A DNA stretch of 56,871 nt from an archaeon. GTDB lineage: Archaea; Iainarchaeota; Iainarchaeia; Iainarchaeales; Iainarchaeaceae. Below the pieces are notes generated by a model. The model searched no databases. It saw only the letters and a program-made list of their open reading frames with translations, and was not told the origin of the DNA. Each line of letters opens with the position of its first letter. Within the stretch, counting starts at the first letter, position 1. A program made the position numbers and the translations under genes. The DNA lies in NCBI GenBank assembly GCA_024653905.1, contig JANLGZ010000070.1, positions 1 through 56,871 on the forward strand. Reading direction: 5' to 3'. Below, one piece after another: positions 29,029-37,496 of the stretch.

Positions 29029-29458
29029 CCTAGACGCCATGATTGCAACAGCAATATTATTATTATCGCTGATGCTAATTTTTCTTTCGTTTAATTCTTT
29101 TGCCCAGAACCAGATACAAAACACAAAAGAAAGTGACAAAGAACTGTTTGCTCTGGCGCTCTCCGAAGCAATTGTAAAAAATAGAAACGAAAAAGAACCG
29201 TGGAAAGGGGCGATTTATTTCGATTCCGAAAAGCAAAGAACAGAGCAGAATGTTATCGATGCTGTTCTTTTAAGCAAAATTTCAGAAACTGATTTTGGAG
29301 ATTATTTACTTTCCGGGATTTACGAACGGAGCAGTAATGAAATACAATATTTTTTCAATAAACAAAAAAATAATTGTTTGGTTGTTGAAAGATTTGTTGT
29401 TGTGAAGGAAATTTTGGAAAGAAAAACAATTTTAGGGGTTGTTGTCTGTGAAGAATAA
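29006..29458 (+). CDS. pilin-like protein (KG/MIFSLDA type)
   Basis: MEKG/MIFSLDAMIATAILLL class III signal peptide. Confidence 0.75.
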   Translation: MEKGMIFSLDAMIATAILLLSLMLIFLSFNSFAQNQIQNTKESDKELFALALSEAIVKNRNEKEPWKGAIYFDSEKQRTEQNVIDAVLLSKISETDFGDYLLSGIYERSSNEIQYFFNKQKNNCLVVERFVVVKEILERKTILGVVVCEE

Positions 29459-29792
29459 CGGATTTTTTTCATTAGAAGCATTGCTGGCATTTTCAATAAT
29501 TGTTTTGCTGATTGCAGTAACACCCATTAATGAAAATTTTTCTGGAAAAGATTTGTTTGCTCAGCAAAAAGAGAACGATCTTCTTATTGTTTGGGCAAGA
29601 AACAATTCAGGAAAAGAAGAAATGCTGAAAGATGCTGAACTTTTTCTAAAAGGGAGTAAATTTGAAATTACAATAAACAATGAAAAATATTTACCTGAAT
29701 TAAATAAAGAGGGCAAAGACGTTATTTCAAGAGGAATAAAAAGATCCAATAAAGGAAAAATTGAAACAATAAGGATTTCAATTCAGAATTAA
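29448..29792 (+). CDS. pilin-like protein
   Basis: GTG start MKNNG/FFSLEALLAF class III signal peptide. Confidence 0.72.
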   Translation: MKNNGFFSLEALLAFSIIVLLIAVTPINENFSGKDLFAQQKENDLLIVWARNNSGKEEMLKDAELFLKGSKFEITINNEKYLPELNKEGKDVISRGIKRSNKGKIETIRISIQN

Positions 29793-30173
29793 TTTCCCAT
29801 TCTCTTTTTTCAGAACAACAATTAAATTTTCTTTGAAGTTTTTTGATGATTCAAGCATAATATTTTCTGGGAGTTGAAGGGAAATGTTTTTTCCCGAATT
29901 TGAATGAACTATTAGTGCCACGGGGGAATCTTTTAGTTCCCATTCATTGATTATTTTGTAAGAAAATTGTTTTTGCGAACCTTCCCCCAATAAAGAAAGT
30001 GTTTTTGATGAATTGTTTAATTCATTCACAAAACGCTTGGCATTTTGAACATCTATTGCATATAAAGAAGATTCTTCCAGTTCAGAAAATGCTGATGTGA
30101 AAACAGAAAGGAAAGCAAGTATAGCTGTTAAAAGAAGAAGAAATTCAATACTTAACTGACCATTTGAATTCAT
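29778..30173 (-). CDS. class III signal peptide pilin
   Basis: MNSNG/QLSIEFLLLL with QxSxE motif. Confidence 0.82.
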   Translation of the reverse strand: MNSNGQLSIEFLLLLTAILAFLSVFTSAFSELEESSLYAIDVQNAKRFVNELNNSSKTLSLLGEGSQKQFSYKIINEWELKDSPVALIVHSNSGKNISLQLPENIMLESSKNFKENLIVVLKKENGKLILN

Positions 30174-30337
30174 ATATCCTCTATTTCCTTGAAAATTGAA
30201 TCTGTTTTCTTATCAAAAACTTTTGTGCCCTGCTCAGCGGTTTTCTGCAATTGCGAAACCAAAAGAAGAACAATGGCAACCACAGCAGCAAGAACAATAA
30301 TGAGTTCGATTGAGATTTGTGCTTTTTCTCCAAACAT
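30170..30337 (-). CDS. 55-aa mini-pilin (missed by the ORF track)
   Basis: MFGEKA/QISIELIIVLAAVVAIVLLLVSQLQKTAEQGTKVFDKKTDSIFKEIEDI; ATGA overlap with the next pilin. Confidence 0.82.
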   Translation of the reverse strand: MFGEKAQISIELIIVLAAVVAIVLLLVSQLQKTAEQGTKVFDKKTDSIFKEIEDI

Positions 30338-30471
30338 TATGAAATAAAGGAAAAAACACTTTTTAAATATTACGTTAATTGACGAATATCTTATTTTGAG
30401 TTAAATTGTTTGAAAAATCGGCAAATTGCTCAAGCAATGCTTTTTATTGCTTTTGAAACAGAATCAATCTC

Positions 30472-31089
30472 ATGGCTGACAGAGAAAGAAATGATTTAAT
30501 TATTAGCTGGTTAACTGTAAGTTTTGCATTTGCATGGATAGGTTTAGGAATATTCTCAGTTAATGGAGTTAGTGATTTTATAACCCAATTAGCAGTAATG
30601 CTGGTTGCAGTAGGCACAGGATTTATACTTCATGAATTGGCACACAAATATGTTGCTATTCATTATGGCGCTAAGGCAGAATTTCGAGCATGGAGACAGG
30701 GATTATTGCTGGCAATAGGATTAGCAATTTTTACAAATGGGTCTTTTGTATTTGCAGCACCTGGAGCAGTTTATGTTTTTGGTAAAAGTATAACCGTAAA
30801 AGAAAACGGACACATATCAATAGCTGGGCCAATAACAAATTTGCTTGTTGTTCTTTTGTTTGGTTTATTGCTTGCACTAACTAATCCAACTGAATTTTTG
30901 GCACAGATAATTATCTCCGCAATGTATGTAAATTTCTTTTTAGCAGCATTCAACTTATTACCTATTTTTCCGCTTGATGGAAGCAAAGTTTTCATGTGGA
31001 ACAAAGGCGCATGGGTATTAACAATGCTTATTGCTGCATCAGGAGTTTTGTTTTTTAAATTTTATTTAGCAATTTTCTCTATCCTCTGA
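30472..31089 (+). CDS. site-2 protease (M50 family)
   Basis: HELAH, AGPITN, FNLLPIFPLDG. Confidence 0.93.
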   Translation: MADRERNDLIISWLTVSFAFAWIGLGIFSVNGVSDFITQLAVMLVAVGTGFILHELAHKYVAIHYGAKAEFRAWRQGLLLAIGLAIFTNGSFVFAAPGAVYVFGKSITVKENGHISIAGPITNLLVVLLFGLLLALTNPTEFLAQIIISAMYVNFFLAAFNLLPIFPLDGSKVFMWNKGAWVLTMLIAASGVLFFKFYLAIFSIL

Positions 31090-31120
31090 TTTAAAAAAAC
31101 CTTATTGTCAGATATAATTA

Positions 31121-31906
31121 ATGAACAAAATAATTCTGATTTTAATTGTTTTATTAATGACATTAGCAGGATGCACCCAGCAAACACCTGAAGGGCAAAC
31201 ATGCGTTCAAGTAATAACTCCTGCTATTTCTCCGGAAGGAAATTGCACTGAATTTCCAACACCTTGTGATGTTCCTAAAGGATTTACTTTAGTTGAATCT
31301 TGTGATGCTGACGAACAGGGAACTTCTGAAGAACCAATAATTGGTGGCGATGCTGACGAACACGGATGTATAGGTTCAGCAGGATATTCTTGGTGTGAAA
31401 TCAAAGACAAATGTTTACGCATATGGGAAGAAGCTTGTGAAAAAGAAACAGAAATAATCCCAAATTTAGATGATATTATTCCGCAAACACCATCAAAATT
31501 TAATTTTGAATCTGACCTTAAATACTGCGAATATGATGGCTTATTTGAAAAATACACTTGGTTTTACCAAATCAAAAATACAACGGATAACCTGCCAACC
31601 TACGGTGCAAAAGTCTGGATGAAACTTGATGAAATTGATAAAGCACAGGTTAAAACAATTCAGGGAAATTATAAAAAAGACCGAATCCTTTGGGAAGAAT
31701 TACAATATAGTCACATAACTTATGGCACGTTCAGAGGTCAAGTATGGGACATACGAAATGTGGACACGAATTTAACCGTTGATTATCAGCTTATTTATTG
31801 TGAACCAGAGTTTGACACAAAAGAAAGTTGCACTGCATCAACAGGAATTGTTATTGCAGAAGGAAATACTTCAGAAGACTGCAATATAGCAGGCGAAGTA
31901 AACTAA
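31121..31906 (+). CDS. Cys-rich lipoprotein
   Basis: LAGC lipobox; CVQVITPA..C..FPTPCDVP and GGDADEHGCIGSAGYSWC modules. Confidence 0.8.
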   Translation: MNKIILILIVLLMTLAGCTQQTPEGQTCVQVITPAISPEGNCTEFPTPCDVPKGFTLVESCDADEQGTSEEPIIGGDADEHGCIGSAGYSWCEIKDKCLRIWEEACEKETEIIPNLDDIIPQTPSKFNFESDLKYCEYDGLFEKYTWFYQIKNTTDNLPTYGAKVWMKLDEIDKAQVKTIQGNYKKDRILWEELQYSHITYGTFRGQVWDIRNVDTNLTVDYQLIYCEPEFDTKESCTASTGIVIAEGNTSEDCNIAGEVN

Positions 31907-34900
31907 TTATCTTACATAACTAGGTTTGAACGCTTGAGTAGCTTGGCTTTTAAAAGCTTTATAAGCTTCAATAGTTTCTTGAGTTATAGAAGGAGTTGTT
32001 TTATTCAGAGCTTCCTCCAAATGAGAAAGTTTAATTTCTTTGGATTTGAAATTTGATTCTTTCATAGAAAGTAATGCCGCCTCTCTTATCAGACCTTCAA
32101 TATCAGCACCACTATAACCTTCAGTTTTTTGAGCAATCTCATTCAAATCAATATTGCTTGCTAAAGGAGTGTCTTTTGTATGAATTTCTAAAATAACTTT
32201 TCTTGCACCAAGGTCAGGAGCAGGAATATGAATAATTTTATCTATTCTGCCTGGACGCATTAGAGCAGGATCTATTAAATCAGGCCTGTTAGTAGCCGCA
32301 ACAAAAACAACTCCTTTAAGTTCCTCAACACCATCAAGCTCGGTTAAAAGCTGATTAACCATTCTTTCACCAACACCAGAACCATCTCCAGAACCCCTTC
32401 TTGAGGAGATAGCATCAAACTCATCAAAGAAAATAATAACAGGAGAAACCTGCCTAGCTCTTTGGAAAATTTTTCTAATACCTTTTTCACTGTTATGTGC
32501 AAAAATTCCGCCAAATCCTGCAACAAAATTTTGACATGGATCTACAGAAATATCATAAACATCACCAGAATAATTAACTTCATTTATTTCCTTCACCTTA
32601 TCCCAATAAATGTCCGCCTCAACAAGTTTCCACAACGAAGAATATTTTTCTTTTTGTATATCAACTACACACAGTGCTTCTCTGAGCTTCCGCACACCAA
32701 CCGAATGATTCTTAGGATAAGATCCAAAAGCACTTTCAAGAACCTCAGTTATTTTATAGTTGACCGGAATGACATTGCTACGAGACCATGCTTTTTCTTC
32801 AATATAACTTCCCACAAGAATATTTCTACGTGAATCGATAAAACCAATAGCCATAAACTTCCTGAAATTTTCAACACCAAACACCTGCACACCATAACTC
32901 ATAGTGCCATTCCACTCAAGCTTTTCTCTGCAACCTGCAACAATCCCCATTTTAAGGAAAAGATAAAGCAAATCATTTGCCAGATTTTTACTGACAGTAG
33001 AGGCTTCAATAACATATCTTCTCTCTGACCTTGTTATCGACCCATCACCACTGAAATAGCCCTTAAGGAAATTCTGAACCTGGATATTTGATGCAGCAAA
33101 CAAAAAACCAGGAATCCTTTTATTGAAAGCACCTGTTTTCAGCCCGAAAACCTTGTCAAGAACATGTTTGAAAATACATGAATTTACAATAATATTTGTT
33201 TCTGTTTTAGTGACCCCCAATCCTAAAGTTTGAAGAATCGTTAAGGTATCCTGTCTTATTTCAGGATTTGCATTTGTAATCCTCACAATGTCCCCATTAA
33301 AATCCCCCTCAGCAACAAAAAGCCCCAATATTCTGCACAAATCAGCATCAACCTTAAAGAAAATCGGAAGGTGACTCCTTGCCCCCTTAACTCCAATAGT
33401 TATTTTTGAAAAGTCCGGTTTGAATCCTGTTTTATCAATAAGCTCACTGAATTTTCCGGCATCAACAGAAAGATTTTTGCAAATTATATCAGCTATATAT
33501 TTTTTACTTACCCCCAAAGCCAGAGACACTTTGTCCAACCCATACTGTTTTTTTGCCAACTTCAGGTTTCCCGCAACATTTGAAAGCATATACCCTTTCC
33601 TGTCCCTGAAATGCTCAAACAAATTGAGTTCAGAAAAAGCAGTTGAAACATTAGGAATTCTTGATGGAATTGCAATCACGCTTTCTCCAGCAACAAGATT
33701 TTTCGTCGCCACAGACTCTATTTCAGACCCAACAAGTGAAAAGAGCGAATGCTTATCAGTGACTTTTATTCTCCTTCCTGTCTTTGTTTTGACTTCAAGC
33801 ATTTTGCCATTAAGAGGATGTTTTATATGACCTGTAATTTTGGAAAAAATCACCCTGCCATCAGAATCAAATGTGACAACCTGAACTCCAAGTTTTTCCT
33901 CAACAATCCGCCCTATTTTTTCCCTGTAAATATATTTGCCGTCAAACACCAAAAGTTCTTCATCATAAGGAAGGCTCTCGCCCACCCCCATTGAAATTAA
34001 TTGCGGACCTTTAATGCTGATAAAATTTGCTTCTGATTCTGTGGCAACTGCTTTAGCAAGCAAAGTTTTTCCAGTACCAGGAGGACCATAAAATAAAATT
34101 CCCCTTGGAGGTTTAATTCCCATTTTTTGAAAAACATCAGCATGTTTCAATGGCCATTCAATAGCCTGTTTTAATTCTTCTTTAACTTGTTCAAGGCCGC
34201 CAATCTGATCCCATTTAACATTAGGGACTTCAATTGCAACCTCTCTTAATGCAGAGGGCTGAACATCTTTCAAGGCTTCTAAAAAATCATCCTTGTTAAC
34301 TTCTAAACTTTCCAAAACCTCTGTAGGAATTGTTTCATCCTCAAGATTAATTTTCGGCAGGTATCTTCTCAAAGCTTTCATAGCAGACTCTTTTGCCAAA
34401 GCTTCTAAATCAGCACCAACAAAACCATGGGTTATAGAAGCAAGCCTATTCAAAAAAACATCTAATAATTTATTTTCAATTTCTTCCCTTTCACGCAAAG
34501 AAAGACTAGAAAAAAACTTAGTTTTAAATTGACCCGTGAGTTCTTGGAGTTTTAATGGCTCATTAATCTCTTCGAATTTTCTGAAAATTTCTAATTTACG
34601 CTCTGCTGAGATGATTTCTTTTTTCACTAAACCCAAAACTTCGGTTAAATGGGCAGAATCAAGAGGCGGAGCAAGCGGCATTCCTCTTGTGTGAATCTGG
34701 AAAATTTCCAAACGATCTTTTTTGGAAGGAACACCGATTTCAATTTCTCTGTCAAATCTTCCCGGTCTTCTCAGAGCTTCATCAATACTGTTTATCCTAT
34801 TAGTAGCACCAATAACAATTACTTGACCTCTTGCTTCCATACCATCCATGGCACTTAAAATCTGAGCAACAACTCTTCTTTCAACTTCCCCAACAACTTC

Positions 34901-35782
34901 GTCTCTCTTTGGAGCAATAGCATCAATTTCATCAAAGAAAATAATAGAAGGAGCATTCTTCTCAGCTTCCTTAAAAACTTCCCTGATTCTTTCCTCAGCT
35001 TCACCAACAAACTTACTCATAATACTCGGAGAACTGATTGAAATGAAATGCGCCTGAGTTTCATTCGCAACTGCTTTAGCAAGCAAAGTTTTTCCAGTAC
35101 CAGGAGGACCATAAAGCAAAACTCCTTTTGGCGGACTAATACCTAACTTTCTGAAAATTTCAGGATGCTTCATCGGAAGCTCAATCATTTCCCTGACCTT
35201 TTGCACCTGTTCTCCTAAACCGCCAATATCCTCATAAGCAATTCTTGGAATCCCTGCAAGCGAATCCTTAACTGGTTCTTCTTTCAAAATAAACTGAGTA
35301 AAATCAGTTACTTTTACAACGCCGCGAGGATTAGTATCAATAACCTGATAAATAAAACCAGAACCAAAAACACTAATTAAAACTCTGTCGCCTTTATGCA
35401 AAGGTCTTCCAATAAAATTTTTCTTAAGAATCCGATCATATCCCGAAGCAATAATTCTAACTTCTTGAGTCGGAGCAAGAACAACTCTTTTTGCTTCTTC
35501 AAATTCAGCCTTTTTCACCACTACTTTTTCCCCAAGACCAACCCCTGCATTTCTCCTGATTAAATTATCCATTCTAATAAGACCTTTGCCCTCATCTTCC
35601 TGTCGGGCCGGCCATATAACCGCCGCAGTCTTCTGAGAACCATTAATCTCAACAATATCTCCAGAGGTTACCCCTAAATCTTCCTTGGTCTGTCTATCAA
35701 GAGTAATAATGTTCCTGCCAACATGACTAGGATCAGGATCTTCAACCCTTAGACTAATCTGTTTTTTTGATTTTTCAACCAT
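31907..35782 (-). CDS. cdc48: CDC48/VCP-family AAA ATPase containing an intein
   Basis: N domain and two AAA modules ([15 protein letters not shown] x2; RPGRFD and RPGRID); 796-aa extein after intein removal. Confidence 0.97.
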   Translation of the reverse strand: MVEKSKKQISLRVEDPDPSHVGRNIITLDRQTKEDLGVTSGDIVEINGSQKTAAVIWPARQEDEGKGLIRMDNLIRRNAGVGLGEKVVVKKAEFEEAKRVVLAPTQEVRIIASGYDRILKKNFIGRPLHKGDRVLISVFGSGFIYQVIDTNPRGVVKVTDFTQFILKEEPVKDSLAGIPRIAYEDIGGLGEQVQKVREMIELPMKHPEIFRKLGISPPKGVLLYGPPGTGKTLLAKAVANETQAHFISISSPSIMSKFVGEAEERIREVFKEAEKNAPSIIFFDEIDAIAPKRDEVVGEVERRVVAQILSAMDGMEARGQVIVIGATNRINSIDEALRRPGRFDREIEIGVPSKKDRLEIFQIHTRGMPLAPPLDSAHLTEVLGLVKKEIISAERKLEIFRKFEEINEPLKLQELTGQFKTKFFSSLSLREREEIENKLLDVFLNRLASITHGFVGADLEALAKESAMKALRRYLPKINLEDETIPTEVLESLEVNKDDFLEALKDVQPSALREVAIEVPNVKWDQIGGLEQVKEELKQAIEWPLKHADVFQKMGIKPPRGILFYGPPGTGKTLLAKAVATESEANFISIKGPQLISMGVGESLPYDEELLVFDGKYIYREKIGRIVEEKLGVQVVTFDSDGRVIFSKITGHIKHPLNGKMLEVKTKTGRRIKVTDKHSLFSLVGSEIESVATKNLVAGESVIAIPSRIPNVSTAFSELNLFEHFRDRKGYMLSNVAGNLKLAKKQYGLDKVSLALGVSKKYIADIICKNLSVDAGKFSELIDKTGFKPDFSKITIGVKGARSHLPIFFKVDADLCRILGLFVAEGDFNGDIVRITNANPEIRQDTLTILQTLGLGVTKTETNIIVNSCIFKHVLDKVFGLKTGAFNKRIPGFLFAASNIQVQNFLKGYFSGDGSITRSERRYVIEASTVSKNLANDLLYLFLKMGIVAGCREKLEWNGTMSYGVQVFGVENFRKFMAIGFIDSRRNILVGSYIEEKAWSRSNVIPVNYKITEVLESAFGSYPKNHSVGVRKLREALCVVDIQKEKYSSLWKLVEADIYWDKVKEINEVNYSGDVYDISVDPCQNFVAGFGGIFAHNSEKGIRKIFQRARQVSPVIIFFDEFDAISSRRGSGDGSGVGERMVNQLLTELDGVEELKGVVFVAATNRPDLIDPALMRPGRIDKIIHIPAPDLGARKVILEIHTKDTPLASNIDLNEIAQKTEGYSGADIEGLIREAALLSMKESNFKSKEIKLSHLEEALNKTTPSITQETIEAYKAFKSQATQAFKPSYVR
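32492..33976 (-). mobile_element. 495-aa intein with LAGLIDADG homing endonuclease
   Basis: Junctions [10 protein letters not shown] and VYDISV...[14 protein letters not shown]; block [18 protein letters not shown] motifs LGLFVAEG and [11 protein letters not shown]. Confidence 0.95.
34044..35115. repeat. 49-bp perfect direct repeat over the D2 (34044-34092) and D1 (35067-35115) Walker A regions
   Basis: GCAACTGCTTTAGCAAGCAAAGTTTTTCCAGTACCAGGAGGACCATAAA at both sites. Confidence 0.9.
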
Positions 35783-35825
35783 AAATGAACAACTCTTGAA
35801 AAGTAATAAGAATATAACTAATCAA

Positions 35826-36629
35826 TTAGGCTTTTCCCAAAGAAAGACCCCCGGAAGGAAGTAAAAATTCTATATCCTCAAGCCTAACCTCAAATTTATT
35901 ACCAGATTTATCAAGGAATTGTTTGCGGATTTTTTTCGCACATGCCCCTTTAGAATCCTTTCCAAAAAAAACCTTAACCAAATAATCCGAATTCTTCTTC
36001 ACAGCACTTTCAGGACCGGAAAATAAGTCAAGAGAATCCCCATATTTCTTAAAACCTATTGCAAACTGCAAAGGAGTTTTTTTGAACCATTCTCTTTTAC
36101 CATGAATCATAAAAGCACCAGTTCCAAGAGATTCACCGCTTGGAGCTTTTTTGCTTACTTGATCAGGATTAGCGGAATAAACATCTAACCCAGCTAATTG
36201 TTCACGCCATGCTTTGGAAAAACACGCTGCAAAAATTGCTGCTTCTTTTTTTGAAATTTCCCCCGGAATTTTTCCATCAGCTTTCAGAATTGTGTGCGGC
36301 GCCCCTTGAATATCAGCATGGAAATAAACATCTCCAGGAACCATTATTTTCTTTACAACCTGCTCATTGCTTTTTGCATCTCTTCCCCCCACAACAAGGA
36401 AACCTTCACTTGTAAAAAACCAGTGATATTTTTCATACCATTTCTTTTCCCTTTTTTTCACAAGCTTCTTCTGAACTCCTTTAGATTCCCCTTCCTCTGA
36501 AATCTTCTTATCAACTTCATGCATTCCTTTTGCTAAACCACCAAGTTTTTTCTTCGCCTTTTTTGAAAAATCATAATAAGAACCAGCATTTTCCTGGATT
36601 GATTTATTCAAATCTATTTCAATTTTCAT
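35826..36629 (-). CDS. NFACT RNA-binding (DUF814) domain protein, short Rqc2-like
   Basis: KWYEKYHWF, GGRDAKSNE, FHADIQGAP, QVSK.APSGE.L..GAFMI.G. Confidence 0.9.
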   Translation of the reverse strand: MKIEIDLNKSIQENAGSYYDFSKKAKKKLGGLAKGMHEVDKKISEEGESKGVQKKLVKKREKKWYEKYHWFFTSEGFLVVGGRDAKSNEQVVKKIMVPGDVYFHADIQGAPHTILKADGKIPGEISKKEAAIFAACFSKAWREQLAGLDVYSANPDQVSKKAPSGESLGTGAFMIHGKREWFKKTPLQFAIGFKKYGDSLDLFSGPESAVKKNSDYLVKVFFGKDSKGACAKKIRKQFLDKSGNKFEVRLEDIEFLLPSGGLSLGKA

Positions 36630-37177
36630 TAATCATAACCTCTTGATTCTCTGAGAATTTTTATCATTGCACCTGTTCTTGATTCCATTTTGAAATAAGG
36701 TTCAGTAACATAAACAATATCTCTTCGTTTTATAAAATCATGAATGCCGTCAAGTTTTTCAAAATACTTTTTGTTTACTGCTTTATGGAATGTTTCAACA
36801 TCCTTGTAAATGTGCCTAGCAACAAGATTATAATTTCCTGAACCCGCAAGACTTGTTAATGAATAAAGATGAGGGTCTTTTTTTATTTCACTCAGAAAAG
36901 TTTTAAAGAATTCTTTTTTTGTTAAATCCGCCTGCATTAAAACAAGAACCTCAAGTTTGTAATCAAATTTTCTAAAATCAACCTTTGGCCCATACCCTGT
37001 TATCAGCCCCTCATTAACCAAAAAATCAAGAGAAGCTTTTATAGTGGCTTTATGATAACCCGTGTATTTTTGCAACTGTTTAATATTAGGAGAAACTGAA
37101 TTCTGTTTTAATAGCGCAGAAAGTATATTAAGACGAACCTCATCCCCTGCTTTCATTACACCAGCCATAATAATCAA
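36629..37177 (-). CDS. Lrp/AsnC-like transcriptional regulator
   Basis: N-terminal HTH, EGLITGY, C-terminal RAM-like domain (GSGNYNL). Confidence 0.75.
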   Translation of the reverse strand: MIIMAGVMKAGDEVRLNILSALLKQNSVSPNIKQLQKYTGYHKATIKASLDFLVNEGLITGYGPKVDFRKFDYKLEVLVLMQADLTKKEFFKTFLSEIKKDPHLYSLTSLAGSGNYNLVARHIYKDVETFHKAVNKKYFEKLDGIHDFIKRRDIVYVTEPYFKMESRTGAMIKILRESRGYD

Positions 37178-37328
37178 TATACTTCTAGTACACCTAATTT
37201 ATTAATAGATGTAAAAAAAGTACATTAAAATACAGTTAATATATAATAACAAAAAAGCCCTCAATTGTATTGTAATAAAAAAATCGAGGGGATCCAATCC
37301 TAAAAAGTGAATCAAACCAAAAACAATT

Positions 37329-37393
37329 TGAAGGATGGGGTTAGGCTCACCAAGCTAATTGGTAAAACATTAGCTAATAACTCCACCCCTTCA
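37329..37393 (+). other. intergenic nested stem-loop
   Basis: TGAAGGATGGGGTTA / TAACTCCACCCCTTCA outer arms; inner AGCTAAT/ATTAGCT. Confidence 0.5.
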
Positions 37394-37496
37394 TCTTGCA
37401 ATTCCTAATGAGTGTTTTTTTAAGATTGCTATTATAACCCCATTAATTTTATTTACACTAATAACTTTTCTGAAAAACCAATACAATAGCGAATAA

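Larger units (their letters stand above)
28199..30173. repeat. perfect 15-bp inverted repeat ATGAATTCAAATGGT (28199-28213 / 30159-30173)
   Basis: Direct reading; each copy starts at the ATG of a convergent pilin-like gene. Confidence 0.85.

Noticed and set aside
34044..35115. DGR template/variable repeat pair
   Set aside because: The copies are identical with no adenine-specific mismatches, lie in conserved Walker A motifs, and no reverse transcriptase is present.
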